Below are positions 1-11,600 of a stretch of 64,000 nucleotides of DNA, piece after piece. A program made the position numbers and the translations under genes. Location of the stretch: positions 6,572,001-6,636,000 of the forward strand of contig JAYWIR010000002.1 in the NCBI GenBank assembly GCA_036172245.1. Reading direction: 5' to 3'. Positions within the stretch are counted from its first letter, which is position 1. Every line of letters starts with the position of its first letter. The DNA comes from Raillietiella orientalis. Its lineage: Eukaryota. The notes below the pieces were generated by a model that saw nothing but the letters and a program-made list of their open reading frames with translations, had not been told where the DNA came from and searched no databases.

Positions 1-2773
1 GCAAATGAATTCGGGGACCCTATTTTCGCTTCCTTTTCAGCTAAGTTGGAAAGAAATTCTAAAACGGATTCAACTCGGATTAAAAACCTCGGGGAAGTCT
101 ACGGAGAACATCACTGACACCGCTGATGAGGCATCGCGAAGCAAAGAAATCACCAAGAGCGCTTTTCTTCGGTGAGTAAAACACGTTTGATGTGAATAGG
201 TTCCTGAAGGTTCTGGGCTGTAGTCCTTAGCTCAGTAGGATGCTAATTAACCAGTGTCACCCCATGTCATCTCACACTGTGTCCGCGACACGTCAGCTCA
301 CCAGGATGCTCAAACACAACTTCTGGGAAATGCACCCCGAGTAGGAAAGTTCTCAATTACCAGAAGCCTTCCTCTTCTTGCTGTTATCGAAATTTTTCCA
401 GAGATGAAAAGACCACTGAGCTGAAGCAGTTGATTGGCATTCATCGACTCCGGCTCCGAACTCATGCCCGGTCCTCACAATGAGCGGCTCTAAATCTTCT
501 GTCGAGTATCCGTTCGAAGGGGCTCCTGACTTGTCTCTCCCACCTTCCATCCTCACTTGCGCGATTCGATGATTTAAGATCCCTTCCCTTGTTTCCCCTC
601 CCCCCCTCCCTCCGGATTGTGGTAGCCCGAGTGCAGCGGAGCAACCATGCAGGCGGCAGAGGACTTATTGCTGTCCAAACGCATGTAATGGCAACAAGGG
701 GGTACGTGAACCCCGCTCTCTTTTTTGTCAAGCATTCGATTCCCACAAATACTTGAGGTTTCCCCGGTGCCAGCGGTGTTTGGCCAGCACTTTTTCCAAA
801 GCGCTCGTTCCTTTTTTGCTCTCCGTATGCAACCTTCTTTCTCTTTTTCCTCTGAGCTTCGCAGGTCTCGCAGCAAATCAACGAGGATTGATTGCTTTAG
901 GCGCTCACCAAGCCTTAGAGACCGTCTGAGCATCGTGGGGATGGAGTGCAAACAAGGATGCACCTTCTCAGCATTTCGAGAAAGAAAGAGTCCCCCTTGC
1001 AAGCGGAAGCCTTAAGGATGGAGTGGTTCGGCACGTCAAAAAAAAAAAAAAAAACACCCATTGACATGATTAAAGGATGGACGTTGGCGCAGTCGCAGTT
1101 TGCCTTGAGCTTCTAAATAGCGTGCTCGGACGCCCTCGGCGCAAGGAGTTTTGAAAGTGCATTTGACCATCAGAAGGACATCTGCGTGTTGTTCGCCGGG
1201 ACTTTCTTTTCCAAGTTCTCCGGACGACCGAAGTGCGTCCTGGGGAACATCCTGGAGCACGATTTCGATGCGAAAATGGAGCCAACTTTACTGCACGTCC
1301 GACAGGATTGTTTTTTCTAGAAAGCCTGCCGCGAGGGCTTCCTGATTTTTTCAACCAGGACTCATTTCCGCAAGCGGTTCGGGCTGTCATACAGCAAGGA
1401 GGTGCCCTCCCGGAAGACGAAATTCCCAGAAGCTTTCCCTTTTCGCAAACACCATGGCGATGAAAGCGTGTTGGAATTCTGGATCCACACCGAAAAAGCC
1501 GTCGGAAGGAGCAATTTAAAAGTCAATGGCTGTCTGCTGTACCATAATGAGGTTCTTCAGCAGCACCGGCAGTAGTAACAACTATCATCGTTCGAACTCC
1601 TTCATCCTCTCTCCATGAAATGAGGATGCTGTGGATGAAATCTGAAATCCTCTCCTCTTTATCTCCGCCCTCCTTGCTTCCATTAGGTGAGCCCTTCGGA
1701 GGCTGCGTTGTGCGCACACGTCATCGCGCGTAAAGAAAACCTTCTTGCATCCGTTGAGTCCAGATCCCCGCTGCGATCTCCCGCTTGGAAGGCAGACTCC
1801 AAGGACAATCCCGAAGGGGGGAGCGGAAGAGCCACTGAAGCTCGGAAAGAAGCCGGAAGGAATCAGGCGTGGGAACTGCCTCTTCCCGACTCTCGAAAAG
1901 CAGGCGCGCCGCACTCATGAGCGTAGTGGCGAGCGGTTCGCCTCTCCAGGCGGACCACGGGAGACGGATGGACGGGAGATGATGCAAGAATGCCGGGGCA
2001 GCACGAAGGAAGAAAGCACCGGCTCGGATTCGCAGCTTCGGCGTGACGGCACCGATGAAGACAGCTCAAGAGCAGAAGCGGCGGAATCCGCCTGCGGTAC
2101 GAGGAATCCAGGAGCGCGAGTCCGCGAAGAAACGTCCTGTTGAAGTGGTGGACACCTCTGCGCCGGGGAAGAAACTCCGGAGCCTTCTGAGTTCCCCGTT
2201 TCCTGAGAGGCGCGAAGATTTTCGAGAGGTGGACCGAGCAGGAGATGGCATGGCGCGTTGTGCTGCATCCACTTGCATCCGCGCGATGAGCCGTGCGCAC
2301 TACGAAAGGCGGATCTCGCAGACCAGCGAAGAATCTTCCCCGCTCGCGGTCGACCCTGTTGGTCAGACGCTCCGCTTCCATCGCAGCCGTCGGCGACGCA
2401 GCAAGCATTCCGCCTGGTCCCGTGTTCCGCGATCTCTCCGTTGTCCGCGCAACAGGAAACTCCAGCTGCGCCCAAGTTCAAAACTGGGCGCCGCGGCTCC
2501 ACGCGAAACCAAATATCAGGCGGTGTATGGCTTGGCGGAGGAGGACTGTGGGGATGCTGAGCTGGTTGCAGCGGGGATCAAAAGACCGTTCGAAAGGAAC
2601 GTTGCTGGGTGCACGCGCACCGATTTATCACTCCGGAGCGCGCACTCCAAAGCGGATGCTGTCTCTCAACTTCAAGAATCGCGAAGTTTGGATGGCAAAA
2701 GTTCAATTGCCTTTGGAGAACAATTCTGTATCAAAGAGTCTGCTCCGCTCCTTAAATTGCTACATCCGCTCCA

Positions 2774-5700
2774 TTGGTGAGGATCGATGTGTTCATTCTT
2801 AACGTCGAACGATACGATCAAACTTTTGACAGTAAAGTTCGGTCGTTTGGCTCACATCATTTCGTCTTCCGCACGGATCAAGAAGGATTCGTCATAACGG
2901 AGGCTCTCTTCAAGTCCAATAATTCTTCGATTTTCAGAGGGAGGGAAAAATGCAGGGATGACGTGGTGGGATCTCTCTTACGATTTCTTCCTTAGCATCA
3001 GGTGAGTGAAAGTCCTTGAAATACGTGCAAGAAATGGCCAACGTTCTTCCTCAGAGTCCCTACCCTTGATCCCTGGAAATTCCTTTGGGCTCTGGACCTT
3101 GCGGCGATGATGGCGATTGCGCATTTTGCAATTTTGCGCTCATCCCGCTCGCTCCTTCTGAGCCTTCAGGTTACGTTGCAAGCAGTGACAACAAGATTTA
3201 TCGTGTCTTCATTGTATTGGCAAATATCTTGCAAAGATTGTATATCTCGGATTTATTCACTTTGAACGTTCTTAATAGTAGGGTTTAGATGACAGGGAAA
3301 GGAAACCTTTTTGGAAGAGACAAGTGTCACCCACACATCCTTACACACTTCTAAATTCACAGAGGCTTTGGAGTCCTCTGTCGTGACCTGCTGTTAAATT
3401 TCCAACTTCACCTTACCCGTTTCTTGTAGCGCCTCCCTGTTTCGCTAGAAATCCTTCTGACATCCAGCGGTACAAAATGCCGCGGGCTGCCTCCTCATTC
3501 GGTGATTTGCAGTGGCCACTTTTTCTGTTGCATGCTGGATTGATGATGAGAAAATCAAGAGCGGTGGCCATCATCCTGATGTTTGCCGCTCTGGTGCCCA
3601 TAGAATTCTCCAGGCACGTGAGCGAACTCGAAGGCCGGTGCTCTCCGAGGAGTCGTTTCGGCCTTCGAACTTTTCCGGCAACTGGCAGAACAATTCAAAT
3701 TGGTCTTCCGCTTCGGCTTCATCCAGAAGCTCGAGTGAGGTGGCCGATGAGAGGATTCACCTCTTGCATGCGGCCTGCATACTGCGCCCACGTTACTTGC
3801 TATGACTTCCTTCCACCCAGTGCCGCGCTCGGATGCAGTTCACAATTTTCAGCATCCCAGTTTAGCGCTCCCTCAATACTTGGTCTGGATGAACTCAAAG
3901 TGCACCCTCGAAAGGATTGTCCGGATCCATACCAGGCCAAATAGGAATCCAAGAGGAATCCAGTCAGACCTCTGTGGACCTCTGTGTCTTCGGCTTACTT
4001 CATCCGAATGTGCCCTGCATCATGCTCACGTTGGTTTTCTTACAAAGGTGACTGGAAAAGTTCCATTGGAGCGCTTTCAAGACGTTGACCGCAGTCATCA
4101 CGGGATGAAATGTTTCATCCTGAAACCCAAAACGTCAAATATTGCGTTTTTCCTCTTTCCGGAGCATTCTGAGAAAGGAAAGATGATGACGGCCCACAAC
4201 CGGTATCCGTTCGATAAGTATCTGAAATTACCAAACGTTTCCGCTTTGCTATTCCTTGCGGAAACGCAGTGGAAAATCAGGGTCAAACACTGCTGAGGTG
4301 ATACGAGTGACCGACTGTGCTGACGTCAGTAGAATCACATCATGAGGGAAAAACTGTCCAACCTCAGTGAGATGAAGACCTCCCGAACTGACAGAAAGCC
4401 ATTCAATTATAAACAAAAGCGTTGTTTCAGCGCTCCTTTTTTTGTGGTCGAGTGGCTCAGAGATACGTGGCCTCCTGAGAGAAACGGAGGGAATAAATAA
4501 CCGACAATAATTTATTTAAGATTGCCGATGAGAGCGGGTGCTGTGAGGTGGGTTCTCAGCGCCTCCAGGTTCTGCAGCCTGGCGGCGTGTCAGCTCCCTC
4601 CATTGTGCGCTTCGAGTCGGCATGTACACATGGATGGTACGCATGCACAATCAAGCGCAGAGAAACTCGGTCCTAGGACGGTGCAGACCAAGGAGGAAGG
4701 TTCCTTTGCAAGCAGCATGTGGGGGATGCTGCGAAAGAGGAGTCGATTGCTTCGCAGGAAAGCAGTGCTGCCCGGATGCAGGCTGTCGGATACAGGTGGT
4801 CGTCAAGACGATGCCGGGCGAGCACGGAGAGCGGCTTGACTTTCAGATTTTACCTGCGGGTTTTGCACTTCGCCGTCGAAGTCCGATCGTCCCGGTGTGG
4901 ACAGTACGATTCTTAACAGCGTGCGCGGAGGATTACATAGTGACTTTTTAATGGGTTGCAGAGACAAAAATGAATACATGATTTTCGAAAATATAAAAAT
5001 AAATGAATGGAATAAAAATGCATATGTCATCATTATGCATTGGGCCTTATTCATGCATGCCTTTCTATCTGGAAATTGCGCGCTGACATTAGCAGAATGA
5101 AAGCACGGATACTTCTGGAAGAACTCCCTAGAAAGAAACAGTCCCATACCAGAAGGAAGCACGCCACAGCAAAGAATGTTTTTTTCCGGAAGTTACGAAT
5201 CGCTGAAGCGGTGCTTTATTCCCGAACCGACTGGGAAGAGAGTCGCAGGCAACCTGGATCAATGCAGCTGCCCTTGGATTCGCTTCAGAAAATCGGGAAG
5301 AGTGCTGAAAGGAATGCGAATGAGCCAAAAACAACAACAACAATCGAAAAGGAACATTCCGGAGATGAGATGAACGTTATCTCCTGAATCGGGAGCGGGT
5401 AGAATCTCTCCTCCTACCTTTTCCCCATCAAAGTTTCATGCGTGTCGAAAGCGTTTTCCCGGGTTCCCGAATACCTCCGCATCGAATGGAACCACTTCCC
5501 CAGACGGTCTGGGATGTACCGCCAGATACCGCCGCTTTGTCTACGCCGATGGGATGCAGAACTTCTTGTCTTCATGCGGTTCGTAATGTAACCAGCAGGA
5601 AAGTCTGCCTTCCGACTCCTCTTCCGCCCCGTGTTCCCGAGCGCATGCAGAAGCTGGGGTTCCCCCGATCTCTCTCCTCCGAATCACCCACCGTCGTCTG

Positions 5701-7231
5701 GGAGGAGGGGAGAAAGCGAAGGGAGGGGGGAAAAGGGGGGGGTTGATTCCTATTTCCCCTTTCTGGAAGCGTCGGATCCTCGCGCGACCCGCTCTGTCGC
5801 AGTCCCCTTCAGACGCACAGGCTCGGCGCTCACCCTGCCGGCTTTTGCGCACGATCCGAAAAGGAAGAAGCGTCACTTCGTCAAGGGACCCGAGTTCCTG
5901 GCAGCTTCTCTGCTCGCTCCTACTGCTGATATGCACGGGAACTCTTCTCCTCCTCTCCTTCTCCTTCCTTCCCCCCCTCCCACCCCACCCATGTCCCCTC
6001 CCTTCCTTGTGAGAACTTGGGATTCGCGTAGACGCGATCTCTGACTGACTTTTCCATGTCAATGAAAATCGTAGCAGGACGCCTTTTGGAATCGCTCAGG
6101 AGCTCCTTCTCCCCACCTTCCCGTTCTTGTGCTCTGAATCGACTCTCTCGAATGCTTACTTTCTAGAAAAATGTCCCGAGGGTCGTTCGGATGGGATCGC
6201 AAGAGATGAAAACTCTGCGAAAAATACATCAATCAAAAAATCATCTCCCGGAAAATTTCGATTTTCTCGTCTTCATCGAGCGTCTCCTCCAGGCTTCCAT
6301 CTACCGCAAAGGACCCGTGTCACTTCCATAGGGAGGGATCGAAAGCGAAAGTTTTGACCAACTTAACCGGGAGTTCCCGGTTACAGAGTGCCGCAGGCAG
6401 CAGAGAGTACCTGCGCTGTTCAAGGTCTCACGGACGCTGGAATGCATCCGCAATACCACTACCAAGGATGCCAGGGGTTTCCTCTGCTCGTTGTGATCGC
6501 TTCGAGGTGTCGGGCTTTCTCCTTGCGACAACGCCGTCTACCCCAGGAGTCATCCCGGCCCAGATCAACGATCATCTCCGTTCTCCGTTTCGGACACTGG
6601 TCGAAAACACCACAGTTGTTACTAAGGATAGCGTGTGTGATGGAAGCTCTCCAGACTGGCAGGAGACTCCTCCTCCTTCTGAACAACCGCTTCGGCGAGC
6701 TCTGACTGCGAGCGGAATTTTTTTTTTCCAGAAGATATGAGGAACGCTGCAAGGACAGCGCTCCGGATGCGGCAAGCAGCCGCACGTGGAACATCTTGCT
6801 CTCCCTTTCCCAACCATTTTGGGCCTCCGCGGTGCTTTCTCCTGAAACTCCCTTGGTGCTTTGTCTATTTGGAAGAAAAGCAGCAACGATAGCAAGCGTG
6901 CTGAAACGCTTCCGTTATCTATCCCGGAAGCAGGCAATTAGAGAGCTATGAGTAAGTTCAAAGAAGAGTTTCTTTTCGGGTCTGCCACGGCATTCCAGAT
7001 GTAGAGACGATTTTTTTCGTAGCTCGTTCGATGGCACCCAAATCGGATGCGAAGCGAAATGCTCTCTTCGGCCGGATGGTGACGACCTCGCGATGAGATA
7101 GGATTCCAAGCTCAGAGCCTGGGAGTCCTCTTTCGATCCTTTGATCCCATTTCCGGAAACGGTGTGCTTTTGATGTTGATTCCTGGAAGGAAAAAGAAAC
7201 AACAACAACAACACGAGAAAAAAAAAAAAAA
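2774..7231 (+). mobile_element. Decayed LINE fossil (APE-RT-CCHC remnants, poly-A tail), interrupted
   Basis: Eroded motifs in the expected order: ILNVER..K / FVITEAL (APE start, 2774-2995), RKAVLPGCRLS (~4756; cf. RGVxQGCPLS), LTACAEDYIV (~4915; cf. LAYADDIV), GCGKQPHVEHL (~6765; cf. CCHC finger), A-runs at 7218-7268. Many stops and frameshifts. Confidence 0.5.
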
Positions 7232-8683
7232 GTTGTGGTTCGCGAGAACATTAAAAAAAAAAAAAAATTTGAAAGCCACGTGGAGGAATACGTTTTCCAG
7301 AGACTGAACCAGCAGAATTTTCGATCCCAAGCTCGGAGAACGCAGCGAAATTCTTGCTGGATGCTGCGTGCTCTCCAAATATGACAGATAAATTATACTT
7401 TTCTGCTATAAGCACGGTACATTTCTGCCCCTGCTGTCGTGACTCTTGCAAAACTTATTTATTTGCTTTGAAGAACATAAATTCGGTAAAGCAGATGGTT
7501 AATAGCAGATTTATTGTAACCTACTCCCAATCTCTCTTGGCGAGGAGACATCTTGAGTCAGTTATCGCTCTTTAAATTTTGCTTTCAGGAGGCAAATTGA
7601 CAGAGGATAAAGTGAAAGAGTTTATTTCAGGTTGTCTGTGAGGAAAACCTGTTCCCTCCGTGCATTGTAAAGGTCTGGACTGACAGGTTTGTATAGGATT
7701 TGAATACCAGATGAAAAATATGTGGCACATTAATGTATTATTGCGAGGGTGGTGACAACCTCAAACCTAATCCTGTTTTACGGACATATGTTAACGAGTG
7801 TGATTCATCTCTCTCCTTTTTTCATTCCCAGTCAATTTGTGCGTACATTTTTATAGTTTCACGGGAAACCAGTTTTGGTTTTGATTGCGCTGATCACCGA
7901 ATCCCTATTCCTCCTTTGAGTATTCTTGCTATGGCTTCAACAGCATATCTGTCATCACAGATTGCATAGTTAGAGATCTCAAGAGAGGAAGAAACTCGGA
8001 CGCGACGACGGTAGGATAGCGCATTCCATCAACACCGAAAATGCCATACCCGAGCTGGCATTTGCTCTTCCTTAGACTCACTGCCCGTTTTTATTGGACG
8101 CCGCAGGAACGGGAAAGGTCATACCGGAACGAAAGCAGTTTTCGAAGATCACGGGACTTCGGCGCTGGCAATCCCGCGGGCAGGATGTCCCGTGGAGAGC
8201 GCGGGGCATCCGAAACGCGCTGCTTGAGTGAGGAGGAACCAGTGCCGTCGATGGCTCGACGGCTTCAAGCTGAAAAAACTGGAAGCTGGTGACGCCGGCG
8301 TCCACGACAGCCGTCCTCGCTCGAAGCCAACCGTCCTCCCTGGCTCGGAAACCAATTCCTCTCCGCGTGGAAGATCTTCAGCTTCGCTTTCAGCGCACCG
8401 GCAGCAGAGCCTGGATGATTCGCCGACGTTTCTTCCGAAAGCGCTTTTATTCTCAAAGTAGCGGCATCGGCCTTACCTGCGTCATCAGCAAAGAATCAGC
8501 CAGAACTGAACTCACATGCGTCTACCAAACATCAAATTCAGTTCTGCTTCAGATGAGACTCCTTTATCACTGAGTGCACGCCACCCACGAAGTTTAGCAG
8601 GTCGACGGAAATTCATCCTCCTAATAAAGTTCCAATCATGCTTCTTTTTTTTAAATTTTTTGGTTTTCTTTATTTTATATTTT

Positions 8684-9250
8684 GCCCGCGTTGGCGACCG
8701 TGTGACTGGCGGCCTCCGCGCATGGCACCAAAAGTTGCGAGTTCGAATTCCGCCCGCGGAAACCTCGACTCCAGGAAACGGGTGTGCGTCGTGGGACTTC
8801 GAGTCCCCTCACACCCGGAGGATGACTCTGTGGATCCGGGTGCGGCACTGGTGGAATCCGGAAACACCCGTTGACTGGCCTCCGGGATTGGAAGTCGACA
8901 ATCCTTGGTTCTCCCAAGATGTCGAGGAGTCGGTTCCCTTCGGGATTTCCCTCCGGCTGCGAAAACGGGATCCGTTCCATGGGGCTGGTTGGTGCCCCTC
9001 TCCCAGAAGCGCGCTGCTCCCCCTGGGTTCTCTTCATGGTAAGAGGACACGGGGAGCGGTACCCTTGCGGCCTTCTTCCGGAGGAGAAGCTCAGGAGAGG
9101 ATCCTTTCCGGGTTTCCTTCGGAAAAGAAACGAGGAGCGGCCTCCACAGCCGGCAGTCCCTTCGGAAAGAATCAAGGAGAGGTTTGCTGCGGAGTTCCCC
9201 CTACAAAACGTGAGGGGAACGGAGCTCTTCCTGGATTCATAGGATGGTAT
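8684..9250 (+). mobile_element. tRNA-derived SINE-like repeat, copy 1
   Basis: B-box GTTCGAATT at 8741 in a T-arm-like stem; collinear similarity with 15731-16300, including an identical 27-nt block CCGTTGACTGGCCTCCGGGATTGGAAG (8868-8894 = 15909-15935) and several further shared blocks. Confidence 0.75.
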
Positions 9251-9287
9251 CTCCAGGAACTGGAAGAGTGACGCGCACCCTCGAATA

Positions 9288-9337
9288 GCGCGGACGGTGT
9301 AATAGGCAGCGTGAACTACCTATTACACCGCCCGCGT
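9288..9337. repeat. Inverted repeat / hairpin
   Basis: CGGTGTAATAGG (9295-9306) is the exact reverse complement of CCTATTACACCG (9319-9330); pairing extends to ~22 positions with two mismatches and a 6-nt loop. Confidence 0.85.
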
Positions 9338-9662
9338 AGAGCTCCGTGTGCCCCCTCTGAAGAGGTGAACGGTTCTTCTCCACTTTGCGGACTCGAAAAA
9401 AAAGGAAAAGGAAATGTTTGTTCCATGATTCTGAGGGTCACATAGGGGGAATCATCAAGGGATGCGCAAAAACGACCGACCCAGCGCATTGTCGTAAGAA
9501 TCGGAAGTTGTGGGCTATCAAGTCAGGAGGGTAGATAGGGTCAATGGGTTGCAAGATTGGGATCTCTTTCGCCAGCCAGAAGAACGCTTTATTCCTCGCG
9601 CGCCATTGAAAATCAAGTTAATGCTTTTTTTTATAAAGTTTCTTATGTATTAAATAACCTAT

Positions 9663-10500
9663 TTGATTCTCCAGTTCCTCGCTGGCGCTTCAATTGCTGT
9701 AATTTTCGAATTCCCCGACTCCACTCTGCCGCTTGCCTTTTTGTGCCGGAATGGGAAACTCTTCCTTCAAGAAACCCATCCGATTGCGCGCGCTGCCGCC
9801 GCTCTCTTGTCCTCAGGTTGTCTTCTCCAGTTCGCTTCTTCAGCAAACAACTTTCAAGCTGAATTTCCATCAAGCGCAGCGTTTCCTAGAGAACCGGACG
9901 CAGGAAGATCACAGGTTTCCAAGGTGCCGAAGAAGCCGCAGAAGTTCTTGGAAATCTCAGGTGTTGAGCTGTCTTCCCTTTTGGCGATGTTCCGTCTGTT
10001 ACTTTTAATTGATGGGAAGGAAACCTTCCGGAGCTCCGCAGACATCGGATATGACGAGCGGCTGCTCTTGGACGTGGGCCGAAGGCATGAATTCTGAAGG
10101 GACTCTGCAATTGGATGCATCTTTGCCGAGAGTCTTTCCCGGGAAAAGACCCCCTGGGATAATGGAGTCTGGTAGATCGCGTTCGATGCGAGTGAACTAG
10201 GTAACGTTATTATGGAAATAAAAATGTCGCTGCATTGAATGGTAATAGTAATGTGAAAGGGGTTTTTCTCGAAAAAATAAAAATAAAAATAGAAATTAGA
10301 AGAACTTTGTGCATTTGGGGTAGCGCCAGCGGAGAGGAGTGGCGACACTGGCTGTCTCCAGCTTTTGACGACTGTTCCCGGCTTTCCTGTCATCCTTGTT
10401 TGTATTGCTTCGGCTATATTAATTGCTTCGATTAGTGATTGACTCCTGGGTGACCGCTCGGGATGTCGGGTATTTCCAATAGGCGGCATTTCTCTATCGA
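9663..10500 (+). mobile_element. Decayed LINE endonuclease (APE) fragment
   Basis: KLFLQETH (~9760) matches the APE 'xxLQETH' motif; the rest is poorly conserved. Confidence 0.35.
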
Positions 10501-10899
10501 CGTTCCGCGATGCTCCGAATCTTTCTCAGAGGCTCTTCTCTGACATCGTGGACTTTCCTGGAAGTTTCTCGTCCCATTTCATGCGCGCTTCATGCCAATT
10601 TCAATACAAATAAAACAAAAACAAACAAAAAAAAATCTGCTCTCATCAGTGGATAAAGTCTTAAAAAGAATGCTTCTGGCTGGCTTCCTCCACACGTGGT
10701 GGCTCTTTTTTGGTTCGCTCCTGCCCTGCGAGTTACAATGAATTTCGCTGATTTGAATATTCCACAGCTTTTCAATTTGCACAGATAATTCAAAGGCGTC
10801 TCGGAGATGTAATTTTCTCACCGAGATAAGCGTAAAGGTTTTCGCAGGGTTCATTATCTCGTGGTTCTCGTGGATTCAAACTCGAAACTACTAATCAGT

Positions 10900-11600
10900 A
10901 AGTGTTATCTCGACGAATTCTTCCAGATCTTATCTTTAATCATGACCTTGGAATCTAGCAGTACTTGCACGTACGCGTAATTTGTATGTCTTTGAAATAA
11001 CCTCCTCTGCATGCACAGAAGACTTCCAGATAAATTTCGCATCTTGACATCGTACGAACTGCAGTCTCTCATCGGTATACACGGCTCGTGCGCATTTTAA
11101 TGTGCACGAGTCACCTGACGCCTTTCTGCGGCAGTTATGCAGAGCTGTTGCACTGCAAAGATGACTATCGGTGTCCACGTTTGTTCTCTGTTTGCATTAT
11201 GCAGCCTTTTTCTCTTTTTGGTCCTGATAAAGGATTAGTAAATACCATCGAGGAACGGAAAACCAACTGTTAATCGGAATGCTCGAGTGCTGCTAATGGG
11301 ATCTCGCCACGACTGGGACAAAATGGATGTTGCCTGATCTTCCCAATTGTGCCCATTATTTTTTAAACTTGTGACTGCTTCGTCCTCCTGGCGTGGGGAA
11401 TTTCCTCGGCTTACCGCAAAAGCAGTGGTGCGATAAGTATGCGTTGTACAATCAAACGTGGAGCGATACACAGTACATGCGACGGTACTGACTCGACTGT
11501 TTTGCGGTGGTGGTCGGTCCGCATGCAGAACTCTCCTCTCCCCACTTTGGTGCACCCGTGCTCGTGCCAGCAATCCCACCTCCCTTCACAAAATCCTCTA
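10900..11600 (-). mobile_element. Decayed non-LTR reverse transcriptase fragment
   Basis: PQNSRVSTVACTVYRST (cf. NYRPITCLxTxYK), TRAF (cf. KAFD), RRKASGDS (cf. GxxQGDS) in the expected order on the minus strand. Confidence 0.4.

Noticed and set aside
122..155. Hammerhead ribozyme cores CTGATGA (also ~25611, 33616, 51096 and minus-strand hits)
   Set aside because: None has a paired stem II closed by GAAA with stems I and III.
8684..8760. Functional tRNA gene (also 15731-15795)
   Set aside because: D and anticodon arms do not fold properly and the similarity continues ~500 bp beyond, so it is treated as a SINE head.
9138..9160. HDV-like ribozyme P3/L3 (GGC-CTCCACA-GCC) in the SINE
   Set aside because: The loop lacks the conserved CG and no P1/P1.1/P2 pairing was found by eye.
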